Assembly (NCBI GenBank): GCA_034722955.1
Contig: JAYEOM010000017.1
Location: 1-23,482, forward strand
Source of the DNA: Campylobacterota bacterium
GTDB lineage: Bacteria; Campylobacterota; Campylobacteria; Campylobacterales; Sulfurovaceae
DNA: 23,482 bases
Direction: 5' to 3'
The position numbers and the translations under genes are program-made. Under the pieces are notes generated by a model. It ran no database searches. It was not told the origin of the DNA and saw only the letters and a list, made by a program, of their open reading frames with translations. This document shows positions 8,907 to 17,224 of the stretch, one piece after another (positions within the stretch are counted from its first letter, which is position 1; the number at the start of each line of letters is the position of its first letter).

Positions 8907-9455
8907 ATGCATCAAACCAGATACTACCCCTATAGAGATCGCCCGGCCTTCTCTCTGCTGGAGCTGATGATCGTCATATTGATCATCTCCTTCTCCTATC
9001 TTCTTATCTTCTCATCGATGCAAAAAACCCAAGAGAAGCCAAAAGCTCTACAGATAACAGATCTAAAATCGAGCCTGAAAGAGCAGAACTTGCTCCATGC
9101 AGATAGTGAACTATTCTGTCTGGACAAGTGCCAAAAGTGCTATATCTATCAAGATGGCAAATCGACGCTATATGGCGGTGAGCTTGCACTTGGAGATCTC
9201 ATGGTCTATGATATGGATAGTGATGGCAACTTGAAAAAAGTTGATTTTGGTCGCTTCCAAGATCATGCTGTCTGCATTCGTTTCAAATATTATCATAACG
9301 GAAGCTCTTCCCAGATGGTTGTCAAAAATAGTGAGGGTATCTACTATCTATCATCATTTTTTGCAGAACCCGTTAGAGTTGATTCTCTAGATAGTGCTGA
9401 AGAGTTATGGGTAGCACATGCTGATGAGTTGGCAGATAGTGGGGAGTATTACTGA
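8907..9455 (+). CDS. gspH: T2SS minor pseudopilin GspH-like
   Basis: RPA|FSLLELMIVILII. Start reassigned to ATG 8907 (or GTG 8904), because the 8712 start in the ORF track lies inside gspG. Confidence 0.7.
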   Translation: MHQTRYYPYRDRPAFSLLELMIVILIISFSYLLIFSSMQKTQEKPKALQITDLKSSLKEQNLLHADSELFCLDKCQKCYIYQDGKSTLYGGELALGDLMVYDMDSDGNLKKVDFGRFQDHAVCIRFKYYHNGSSSQMVVKNSEGIYYLSSFFAEPVRVDSLDSAEELWVAHADELADSGEYY

Positions 9456-9850
9456 TGTACTCTACCAAGCGAGCATTTACTATCATAGAGGTAATGATCT
9501 CTGTGATACTGATCTCTGTTGTTGCACTAGGTGTTGTCAAGATACAGCAGGAGAGCCGATCGATGGCACTCTATCTCTCAGATAGAAGCAAGAGTGAACT
9601 CTCAAATACACTTTTTTTAGACAAAAAGATAGATCGATATCATAAAGATGAAAAAGATGCATATAGCCTGCTATCAAAAAGATTTAAAATATCAGATGAT
9701 AAAAGCAGAAAGATTCTCAAAGAGAGCAGACGCAAGATTTTTATCTCAGACCCCCTCAAGCTCAGCGATGAGACACTCCCTGTCAAGGTAAATGAGATCC
9801 TTCTGAAGGGCCAATACTCTTCCAGATTTTTGCATTTTAAGGTGCAGTAG
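9455..9850 (+). CDS. gspI: T2SS minor pseudopilin GspI-like
   Basis: KRA|FTIIEVMISVILISVVALG; 131 aa; TGATG coupling to gspH. Confidence 0.65.
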   Translation: MYSTKRAFTIIEVMISVILISVVALGVVKIQQESRSMALYLSDRSKSELSNTLFLDKKIDRYHKDEKDAYSLLSKRFKISDDKSRKILKESRRKIFISDPLKLSDETLPVKVNEILLKGQYSSRFLHFKVQ

Positions 9851-9896
9851 AGGAGAGTTCAAATCATACCGATAATCATCTCTAATACTATTTGGG

Positions 9897-9902
9897 TATA
9901 AT
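9897..9902 (+). promoter_or_regulatory. Candidate sigma70 -10 box for typA
   Basis: Perfect TATAAT 36 nt upstream of the ATG, with SD GAGGA in between. Confidence 0.5.
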
Positions 9903-9938
9903 GCAAAAAATTATAGAAAATATTGAGGAAAATCCCCT

Positions 9939-11756
9939 ATGCAAAAGATCAAAAATATTGCCGTTATTGCACATGTTGACCACGGTAAAACGACACTCGT
10001 TGATGAACTCCTCCAGCAGAGTGGAACATTCTCTGCACACCAAGAGGTAGAAGAGCGTGTCATGGATAGCAATGATATAGAGAAAGAGAGAGGGATCACG
10101 ATCCTCTCCAAAAATACAGCGATCACCTATGGTGACCACAAGATCAACATTATAGATACTCCGGGTCACGCCGATTTTGGTGGTGAAGTTGAGCGAGTTC
10201 TCAAGATGGTTGATGGAGTACTGCTTCTAGTAGATGCACAAGAGGGTGTAATGCCTCAGACTAAGTTTGTTTTGAAAAAAGCCATTGAGTTGGGGTTGAT
10301 CCCTGTCGTTGTCATCAACAAGATAGATAAAGATGCAGCAGAGCCTGATAGAGTGATGGATGAGGTATTTGACCTTCTTGTTGCTCTGGATGCCAACGAA
10401 GATCAACTAGAATTTCCAGTACTATATGCCGCAGCTAGAGATGGTTATGCCAAATGGGAAATAGAGGATGAAAATATAGATATGACACCTCTATTTGAAG
10501 CGATCATAGAGCATGTACCTTCACCTGAAGGTTCAGCAGACAACAATACACAAGCACAAGTTTTCACTCTGGACAATGACAACTTTGTAGGTCGTATCGG
10601 AATTACCCGTATCTTTAACGGACGGGTGAAGAGGGGAGATGAGTATCTCTTGGTCAAATCATGTGGAGAGAAGACAAAGAGCCGAATATCTAAACTTATC
10701 GGATTTAAAGGGCTTGAGCGTATCGATATCTCAGAGGCAGAGGCAGGTGATATCGTTGCTATAGCTGGTTTCTCTGATATCGATGTGGGAGATAGTGTTT
10801 GTGACCCAAATAACCCAGTCGCTCTCGATCCTATGCATGTCGAAGAGCCGACCCTCTCTGTAGTCTTCTCTGTCAATGATGGACCGCTTGCCGGTACAGA
10901 GGGTAAACATGTCACCTCAAACAAGATCTATGATAGACTTGCCAAAGAGATGGAGACAAATATCGCTATGAGGATGGAGCCACTCGGAGATGCTTCCTTT
11001 AAGGTGTCAGGTCGTGGAGAGCTTCAGATCGGTATCCTTGCTGAAAATATGAGAAGAGAGGGTTTTGAATTTCTTCTTGCTAGACCTGAGGTCGTGATCA
11101 GAGAAGAGGATGGCATCAGACTAGAGCCTTTTGAACATCTAGTTGTTGATGTGCCTGCTGATTTTCAAGGGGTTGCTATCGAGAAGCTAGGTAAACGAAA
11201 AGCGGAGATGACCTCTCTCATCCCTATGCCTGACGGTACTGTTCGTATAGAGTTTGAAATCCCTGCGAGAGGATTGATCGGATTTAGAAATGAATTTCTT
11301 ACCGATACAAAAGGAGAGGGGATTATGAATCACTCCTATCTTGAGTATAGACCATATACAGGTGTAGTTGAGTCGAGAACTCCGGGTGCATTGGTCTCTA
11401 TGGACAATGGTGAAGCGGTTGCTTTCTCCATCTTTAACCTACAATCAAGAGGGGTAATGTTCATCTCTCCGCAAGAGAAAGTCTATAGTGGCATGATCAT
11501 CGGTGAATCTGCTAGACCGGGTGACTTGGATGTCAACCCTCTCAAAGGGAAAGCTTTGACAAATATGAGAACCTCCGGTGCTGATGATGCGATCAAACTT
11601 GTACCTCCCCGACCCATCAGTCTCGAATCTGCTATGGAGTGGATCGAAGAGGATGAGCTTGTCGAGATCACACCTATATCTATCCGTATCCGTAAAAAGT
11701 CACTTGATCCTATCGTCAGAAAAAGAGCCGCAAGAGATAAGAAAAATGCAAAATAG
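9939..11756 (+). CDS. typA: Translational GTPase TypA/BipA
   Basis: [68 protein letters not shown]; 605 aa. Confidence 0.98.
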   Translation: MQKIKNIAVIAHVDHGKTTLVDELLQQSGTFSAHQEVEERVMDSNDIEKERGITILSKNTAITYGDHKINIIDTPGHADFGGEVERVLKMVDGVLLLVDAQEGVMPQTKFVLKKAIELGLIPVVVINKIDKDAAEPDRVMDEVFDLLVALDANEDQLEFPVLYAAARDGYAKWEIEDENIDMTPLFEAIIEHVPSPEGSADNNTQAQVFTLDNDNFVGRIGITRIFNGRVKRGDEYLLVKSCGEKTKSRISKLIGFKGLERIDISEAEAGDIVAIAGFSDIDVGDSVCDPNNPVALDPMHVEEPTLSVVFSVNDGPLAGTEGKHVTSNKIYDRLAKEMETNIAMRMEPLGDASFKVSGRGELQIGILAENMRREGFEFLLARPEVVIREEDGIRLEPFEHLVVDVPADFQGVAIEKLGKRKAEMTSLIPMPDGTVRIEFEIPARGLIGFRNEFLTDTKGEGIMNHSYLEYRPYTGVVESRTPGALVSMDNGEAVAFSIFNLQSRGVMFISPQEKVYSGMIIGESARPGDLDVNPLKGKALTNMRTSGADDAIKLVPPRPISLESAMEWIEEDELVEITPISIRIRKKSLDPIVRKRAARDKKNAK

Positions 11757-11861
11757 CTGATCAGGTCAGCACTACTCCAACCCTCCGGACTCGTTCCGGT
11801 CTTACTCCAATTTTCAAATATCTACACAAAAATATACAAATCAATAATATTGTCAAGCTAC

Positions 11862-11874
11862 TAAGGGATATACT
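11862..11874 (+). promoter_or_regulatory. Candidate promoter for the pit locus (TAAG...TATACT)
   Basis: TAAGGGATATACT resembles the Campylobacterota -16/-10 arrangement and ends 24 nt before the pit ATG. Confidence 0.4.
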
Positions 11875-11898
11875 AACACAATACAAAGTAGAAGTGAG

Positions 11899-13057
11899 AT
11901 GGAAATTCAAACGATCAAAAAGATTGAAAAAGAGGCACTTAAGGGCAGTGGTTTTGACTTTATAAGGCTTGGTATTGCACTATTTTTTATGGTGGCGGTG
12001 CTAACCTACAGCTTCATGAGTACAGGCGGAGTACCAAACAATGTCTTTCTGGCTATAGCTGCACTATTTGGTGCCTATATGGCGATGAATATCGGTGCCA
12101 ATGATGTCGCCAACAATGTCGGTCCGGCAGTTGGCTCCAAAGCACTCACTATGGGTGGTGCAATTGTTATCGCGGCGATCTTTGAAGCATCCGGTGCTTT
12201 GATAGCCGGTGGTGATGTTGTCAAGACTATCAAAAAAGGGATTATCGACATCTCTGCATTTGGCAGCAATACTGATTCATTTATATGGGCTATGATGGCA
12301 GCACTTTTGGCTGCTGCATTGTGGTTGAACTTTGCTACTATGGCAAAGGCTCCAGTCTCCACTACACACTCCATAGTAGGCGGCGTGATGGGTGCAGGTA
12401 TCGCAGCAGCCGGATTTAGTATCGTTGCGTGGGGAACGATGGGGAAGATCGCGGCATCGTGGGTGATCTCTCCGGTACTTGGCGGTATCATTGCAGCAGC
12501 ATTTCTATTTGCCATCAAGAAAACAATAGTTTTCAAAGAGAACAAAATAGAGGCAGCTGTCAAGTGGGTTCCTGTCTTTGTGGCGATCATGTCCTGGGCA
12601 TTTGTAACCTACCTGACACTCAAAGGTCTCAAAAAGGTTTGGCCTTATATTGTTGATATTTTGGTCTTTTTGCCTGATACAAAAAAACCTACCTTTATCG
12701 TAGCAGCGATCTTTGGACTTCTCGTCGCTACTATTGTCTATTTTATATTGAGAGCAACTATCATCAAAAAGGCTTCCGGTATGGAAAATAGTCGAGCAGG
12801 CATCAATCTACTCTTTACTATACCACTCATCTTTTCAGCAGCACTTTTGAGCTTCGCACATGGTGCCAATCAAGATGATAGATGAGGAAGAGCAGCAGTT
12901 GAAAGAGGCCAAAAAACAGCTGAAGAGTGCAGAAAAAGTCAAATATGTCAAGAGGGATGCAGTGAAAAAGATCGTCGCTGCTTGGGTTATCACTGTTCCT
13001 GCGGCTGCTATCTTGTCTGCGGCGATCTATTTTATGATTAGAGGTATTCTTCTTTAA
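11899..13057 (+). pseudogene. pit: PiT-family (PHO4) inorganic phosphate transporter, internally deleted and frameshifted
   Basis: The first signature NIGANDVAN and PVSTTHSIVGG are intact. The second signature breaks at FAHGAN (12870) and the frame stops at 12885. The C-terminal KKIVAAWVITVP helix continues in another frame to 13057, and most of the second PHO4 repeat is absent. Confidence 0.85.
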
Positions 13058-13263
13058 TGTTGAGAAAAATATTTCTCCCTACCATGCTAGCCATACTGGC
13101 GTATGGTTTTTGGATTAGTCCAAACTTTAAAGAGATCTCAGCAGGTGTTGCTATCTTTTTGTTTGGCATGATATCTCTGGAGGAGGGCTTCAAAGCTTTC
13201 TCCGGCGGTATGCTAGAGAAAATTTTACAAAAATCAACCGATAAACTCTACTCCAAAAAATAG
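13057..13263 (+). pseudogene. N-terminal stub (68 aa) of a Na/Pi-cotransporter
   Basis: GVAIFLFGMISLEEGFKAFSGGMLEKIL aligns with GVALFLIGMEYMEGGFKSFSGGILEKVL of the downstream intact gene. It ends in TAGTAG. Confidence 0.85.
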
Positions 13264-13373
13264 TAGAACAACTTTTTGGTTGATGAGTAGAAAACTTTGA
13301 ATGCAAACCTCAATTGTAAAAAGGGAGAAGAGATGACACTAGAGGCAATTATCATCGAAAGTACTATTTTTAA

Positions 13374-15200
13374 ATGTTGACCTACAAAAGACTATTCACC
13401 CCAATAATCACTGTTTTGTTATTGGGGGCTATGTTTCTTCTGGGACTATCCCCTGATATCAGTACGATTTTAGGAGGAGTTGCACTCTTCCTTATCGGCA
13501 TGGAGTATATGGAGGGTGGATTCAAATCCTTTAGTGGCGGTATACTGGAAAAAGTTTTGGAGAAGTTTACCAATACAACCCCCAAAGCTATCACTACGGG
13601 TTTTTTCACTACATCCATTGTGCAGAGTTCAAGTTTGATCTCCATCATCATCATCTCTTTTCTGTCAGCTGAGTTGATCTCATTGACCTCTGCTGTAGGA
13701 GTAGTCTTTGGCTCAAATATCGGTACTACCACAACGGCTTGGCTAGTCTCTACTTTTGGTCTGAAGATAAAAATCTCTATCTACGCTATGCCTATGATCG
13801 TCATAGGCATATCTATACCAATGCTCCTCAAGGAGAGTAGCTGGAGAGGTGTCGCCTCTATCCTTATAGGTTTGGGGATCATCTTTTTGGGTATTGGATA
13901 TATGAAGGAGGGATTTGAAACTCTCAAAGAGGGTATAGACCTCGCTCAGTATGCTATGTCTGGATATGCGGGTATCTTCACCTATGTACTGGTTGGTTCT
14001 ATTGCTACTATAGTGATCCAGTCTAGTTCTGCCACTATGGCGATCATCATCACTGCATTGGCCACTGGGCAGATCGATTATGCAAATGCTCTTGCCTTGG
14101 CAATAGGTGCCAATTTGGGGACAACAGTTACTGCTGCACTTGCCTCTCTAAAATCCAATGAAAATGGCAAACGACTGGCTGTAGCTCACTTCATTTTCAA
14201 CATCACTACCGGAGTCATTGCTATCGTTTTCATCTATCAGCTAGCTGATCTTGTGGATTATCTATCTATGATTGTTGGCATAGGAGATAAAGACTATACA
14301 TTGAAGCTTGCTATGTTTCATACGATTTTTAATGTCATAGGTGTCTTGGTGGTTTCCCCATTTATCACTGTTTTGGTAAAATTCTTAAATACCATCTTTA
14401 TACCCCCAAAAGCAAATAAGGGCAAATCAAAATATTTGGATGATTCCGTATTGGCACTCCCGTCAACTGCACTATCGGCCATCATCATGGAGACAAAACA
14501 TCTCTATGAAAATGCTTTTGATATCATTACACGCGGTCTGAATCTAAAAAAGAAGAGTATCATCTCCTCTATGAGCTTGGATGATGCAGTCAAAGATCTC
14601 TACACATCCAGCTCCATTGATATCGATGATTTTTATAACTACTGGATCAAGGGACTCTATGGTGAAATCATTGACTTCTCCACCAAAGCACAGGCAAATA
14701 TGGCACCAGAGTATATAGAGGAGCTCTATAAACTCAAGCTTGCAAACAGGGATATAGTAGAGGCGATCAAGGGAACCAAGCATCTGCAAAAAAATCTGCT
14801 CAAATATACCTCCGGCAAGAACAGATATATAAAAGAGCAGTATAATGATATCAGGAGGGGTTTAGCTGAACTGCTCAGAAGTATCAATACTATTTCAATG
14901 ACCGATGAGGAGGATGTCATCATGCTGTTACTCTCCAAAGCCAAAATCCATGTCCAGAGATATGATGTTGTTACAAATGGTACACTTGATCGGTTGATCA
15001 GAAAGGGTCTCATCACCAATCAAATGGCTACATCCATGATGAATGACAGTGATTATGCTTATCGTATCAGTAAAAACATAATTGCAATGGCTGAAGTTCT
15101 CTTCATAGATATAGGCAGTGATTTGAAAAAACTGCATGATGAGATGGGCATCAGTGATGAAGAGGTTGAGGCAATAATAGACAAAAGGAGTCATCTATGA
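13374..15200 (+). CDS. Na/Pi-cotransporter family (NptA/YjbB-like) with helical, PhoU-like C-terminal region
   Basis: Two repeats, VQSSS...GSNIGTT and IQSSS...GANLGTT; many TM helices; soluble helical C-terminus; 608 aa. Confidence 0.92.
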   Translation: MLTYKRLFTPIITVLLLGAMFLLGLSPDISTILGGVALFLIGMEYMEGGFKSFSGGILEKVLEKFTNTTPKAITTGFFTTSIVQSSSLISIIIISFLSAELISLTSAVGVVFGSNIGTTTTAWLVSTFGLKIKISIYAMPMIVIGISIPMLLKESSWRGVASILIGLGIIFLGIGYMKEGFETLKEGIDLAQYAMSGYAGIFTYVLVGSIATIVIQSSSATMAIIITALATGQIDYANALALAIGANLGTTVTAALASLKSNENGKRLAVAHFIFNITTGVIAIVFIYQLADLVDYLSMIVGIGDKDYTLKLAMFHTIFNVIGVLVVSPFITVLVKFLNTIFIPPKANKGKSKYLDDSVLALPSTALSAIIMETKHLYENAFDIITRGLNLKKKSIISSMSLDDAVKDLYTSSSIDIDDFYNYWIKGLYGEIIDFSTKAQANMAPEYIEELYKLKLANRDIVEAIKGTKHLQKNLLKYTSGKNRYIKEQYNDIRRGLAELLRSINTISMTDEEDVIMLLLSKAKIHVQRYDVVTNGTLDRLIRKGLITNQMATSMMNDSDYAYRISKNIIAMAEVLFIDIGSDLKKLHDEMGISDEEVEAIIDKRSHL

Positions 15201-15442
15201 GTATCAAAAAATTTATAGAGAGTGTCAAACTCTCTTTGGGTCTCAAAAAGTTTGAAGAGAGAGGAAAGAGGAGATCCATCAAGAGACTATTGGCAAAACT
15301 GAACTCCAGAAAAAAGATACTCCATAATATATCAAAGAAGAGATTAAATAAAGCCGAGCTAAAAGAGCTAATAGAAGAGAGAGAAATCATCTCTCTTCAG
15401 ATCAAAAAAGGTGAAAAGATACTGCATAGACTTGATTCTTAG
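15197..15442 (+). CDS. Small Lys/Arg-rich coiled-coil hypothetical protein
   Basis: SD AAGGAG and ATGA overlap with the Na/Pi gene; 81 aa. Confidence 0.75.
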   Translation: MSIKKFIESVKLSLGLKKFEERGKRRSIKRLLAKLNSRKKILHNISKKRLNKAELKELIEEREIISLQIKKGEKILHRLDS

Positions 15443-15463
15443 AAAAGATTATCATTAAAAGAG

Positions 15464-15469
15464 TATAAT
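15464..15469 (+). promoter_or_regulatory. -10 box, predicting a leaderless transcript
   Basis: TATAAT is followed by exactly 6 nt and then ATG 15476. There is no SD. Confidence 0.55.
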
Positions 15470-15475
15470 TATTGC

Positions 15476-16123
15476 ATGGAACCAAAAGATACCTATAAAA
15501 TCATTATCGCAGATGACCATGAAATTGTCCGCAGTGGCATCAAGTTTATGGTAGTCTCTCAGGAAGATTTTCATATTGAAGATGAAGCCTCTTCATTTAG
15601 TGAACTCATTGAGCTACTCTCTCAAAAAAGTTATGATCTATTGGTTCTTGATCTTAATCTAGGTGATAAAAATGGAATACGCTCTATACGAGAGATCAGT
15701 GATAGATTTGATCATATGCCTATATTGATTTTGAGTATGTTTCCTGAAGATCCATATGCCTTGCAATCCATCAAGGCAGGTGCTTGGGGATATCTCAACA
15801 AAAAGATGGTATCTGAAGAGTTGATACTTGCCGTCAATACTGTCTTGAGAGGGAAGATATATCTAAGTGCAGAGTATATGGATACACTCCCCTATGGGAT
15901 CATTTTGGATAAAACGGTGAAGAGTTCGATAGAGTCTCTATCCAAACGAGAATTTGAAGTATACACTCTCATTGCATCGGGTATTACCTATAGACAGATA
16001 GCTAATAAACTTTCATTGAGTCCAAAAACAGTCTCTACCTATCGTGCACGCATACTTGAAAAATTATCACTCTCCAATACCAATCAACTTATTCATTTTG
16101 CCCTTCAGGATTCATTGGGCTAA
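15476..16123 (+). CDS. NarL/FixJ-family DNA-binding response regulator, UvrY/GacA-like
   Basis: REC (IADDHEIVRSG, VLDLNL, ILSM, GYLNK) plus LuxR HTH (LSKREFEV...IA...LSLSPKTVSTYRARILEKL). Confidence 0.93.
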   Translation: MEPKDTYKIIIADDHEIVRSGIKFMVVSQEDFHIEDEASSFSELIELLSQKSYDLLVLDLNLGDKNGIRSIREISDRFDHMPILILSMFPEDPYALQSIKAGAWGYLNKKMVSEELILAVNTVLRGKIYLSAEYMDTLPYGIILDKTVKSSIESLSKREFEVYTLIASGITYRQIANKLSLSPKTVSTYRARILEKLSLSNTNQLIHFALQDSLG

Positions 16124-16129
16124 ACAGAG

Positions 16130-16147
16130 TGTAGGGATAATCCTATA
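16130..16147. promoter_or_regulatory. Palindromic GacA-box-like site 1 (TGTAGG-N6-CCTATA)
   Basis: 15/18 identical to the reverse complement of 19392-19409. Lies 22 nt upstream of TAAAAT (16170-16175). Confidence 0.6.
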
Positions 16148-16205
16148 GATTTTCTCTTTTACAATCTTGTAAAATGACAGTAATTTTAATAAAAGGATCA
16201 AGGTT

Positions 16206-16580
16206 ATGGGAAAAAGAATTCTTATTGTTGATGATGTTGAGTTTAATATTGAGTTTGAAGAGAAAGTTATAAGGTCTCTTATGGATGAAATTGGTATAGA
16301 GATAGAGATAGATACAGCAACTAGTGTCGAGAGTGCTCTGCAGATCATATCAAAAAATGATGCTTATGATGCCATGGTAATCGATATGAACTTACCAGAT
16401 GGTTCGGGTGTTGATATAGCAAAAGCTGCATTGAAAAAAAGTGAAGAGACCCGTATAGCTGCATTGACAATCTACCCTAGCAAGTATGAAAACCAGCGTG
16501 CTTTTTTTGATATTTTCTTGAGAAAACCGATCATGCCGGAAGCATACAAGCAGAACTTTGCTCGTCTTTTGCAACTCTGA
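16206..16580 (+). CDS. Stand-alone receiver-domain (CheY-like) response regulator
   Basis: ILIVDD, IDMNLPDGSG, ALT and RKP are all present; 124 aa; SD AAGG. Confidence 0.92.
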   Translation: MGKRILIVDDVEFNIEFEEKVIRSLMDEIGIEIEIDTATSVESALQIISKNDAYDAMVIDMNLPDGSGVDIAKAALKKSEETRIAALTIYPSKYENQRAFFDIFLRKPIMPEAYKQNFARLLQL

Positions 16581-16655
16581 CTTGAAAAAATGGTTTAAGA
16601 GTTAAGAGAATATCTATTAGTAAATATAAATAAAAGATTATACTAATAATCTCAC

Positions 16656-16683
16656 CTTTTAATTATATTAAAAGAGGTATAAT
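16656..16683 (+). promoter_or_regulatory. Promoter of the Roadblock-like gene with adjacent palindrome
   Basis: CTTTTAAT-TAT-ATTAAAAG (16656-16674) is followed by TATAAT at 16678-16683; SD AAGGGG before ATG 16714. Confidence 0.45.
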
Positions 16684-16713
16684 ATAATCAAATATTTTAT
16701 CAAGGGGTGTTTT

Positions 16714-17079
16714 ATGGATGAAAACATAATGGAAAGTTTACAAAGTGTAAAAGGCTATTTAGGTGGTGCAATCAGCAACTATACAGGTGAATGCCTCATA
16801 TGTGATACATATAGACTTAGTGGAAATGTAGAAGAGGCTGCAGCTACCTTCAATGATATTTTTAGAGATTCTCATAAGGTTTCCAAACATCTACAGTTGG
16901 GTGCTACAAAGATCATGGAGATACAGACAGAACAGAGTAATGTTTTGATGGGTTGTTCCGGTGATGAATCTAGAGTACACCTGCATATCTTTGCTATCTT
17001 TGCTTTAGATGGCAATACGACTCTAGGAAAAATGGCAATCAGCAAAATCCTACCTCGAGCAGTAGAGTCTCTCTCTTGA
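16714..17079 (+). CDS. Roadblock/LC7 (MglB-like) fold protein
   Basis: 121 aa. Helix-LQSVKGYLGGAISNYTGECL (beta-hairpin ending in G)-long helix-three strands-DGNTTLGKM helix matches the Roadblock topology. Fold assigned by pattern recognition only. Confidence 0.7.
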   Translation: MDENIMESLQSVKGYLGGAISNYTGECLICDTYRLSGNVEEAAATFNDIFRDSHKVSKHLQLGATKIMEIQTEQSNVLMGCSGDESRVHLHIFAIFALDGNTTLGKMAISKILPRAVESLS

Positions 17080-17109
17080 TACTCTCTTCTATTAAACCTT
17101 AGGGTTCTC

Positions 17110-17172
17110 CTAGTTGAATAGTCTCAATCGTCGTATAGAATCACTATACTCCTCATGAGACTATTCAACTAG
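17110..17172. repeat. Perfect 17-bp inverted repeat with nested 6-bp hairpin between convergent genes
   Basis: CTAGTTGAATAGTCTCA (17110-17126) pairs with TGAGACTATTCAACTAG (17156-17172). Inner GTATAG (17133-17138) pairs with CTATAC (17144-17149). Confidence 0.85.
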
Positions 17173-17224
17173 AAACAAAATTCCTTCGTCATCTTGGTAG
17201 AATTGTTCTTGTGAAGTTCCTTAA

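Noticed and set aside
9901..9960. Apparent duplicated typA start (MQKIIENI vs MQKIKNI)
   Set aside because: The upstream ATG is part of the TATAAT box and is out of frame. The similarity is plausibly chance in A-rich sequence.
11757..11812. Short hairpins and a TACTCCAA direct repeat after typA
   Set aside because: The stems are only 5 bp with no adjacent U-tract, too weak to call a terminator or RNA.
12860..13057. Independent 65-aa gene, or programmed frameshift in pit
   Set aside because: It is the PiT C-terminus. There is no slippery site, and frameshifting would not restore the missing second repeat.
17110..17172. Integron attC site (GTTGAAT/ATTCAAC match the core consensus)
   Set aside because: The boxes are in the wrong order (GTTRRRY first), the arms lack extrahelical bases, and there is no integrase or array.
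16581..17224. Csr/Rsm-type GGA-repeat sRNA expected near a GacA-like regulator
   Set aside because: No cluster of GGA-loop hairpins is visible in these intergenic regions.
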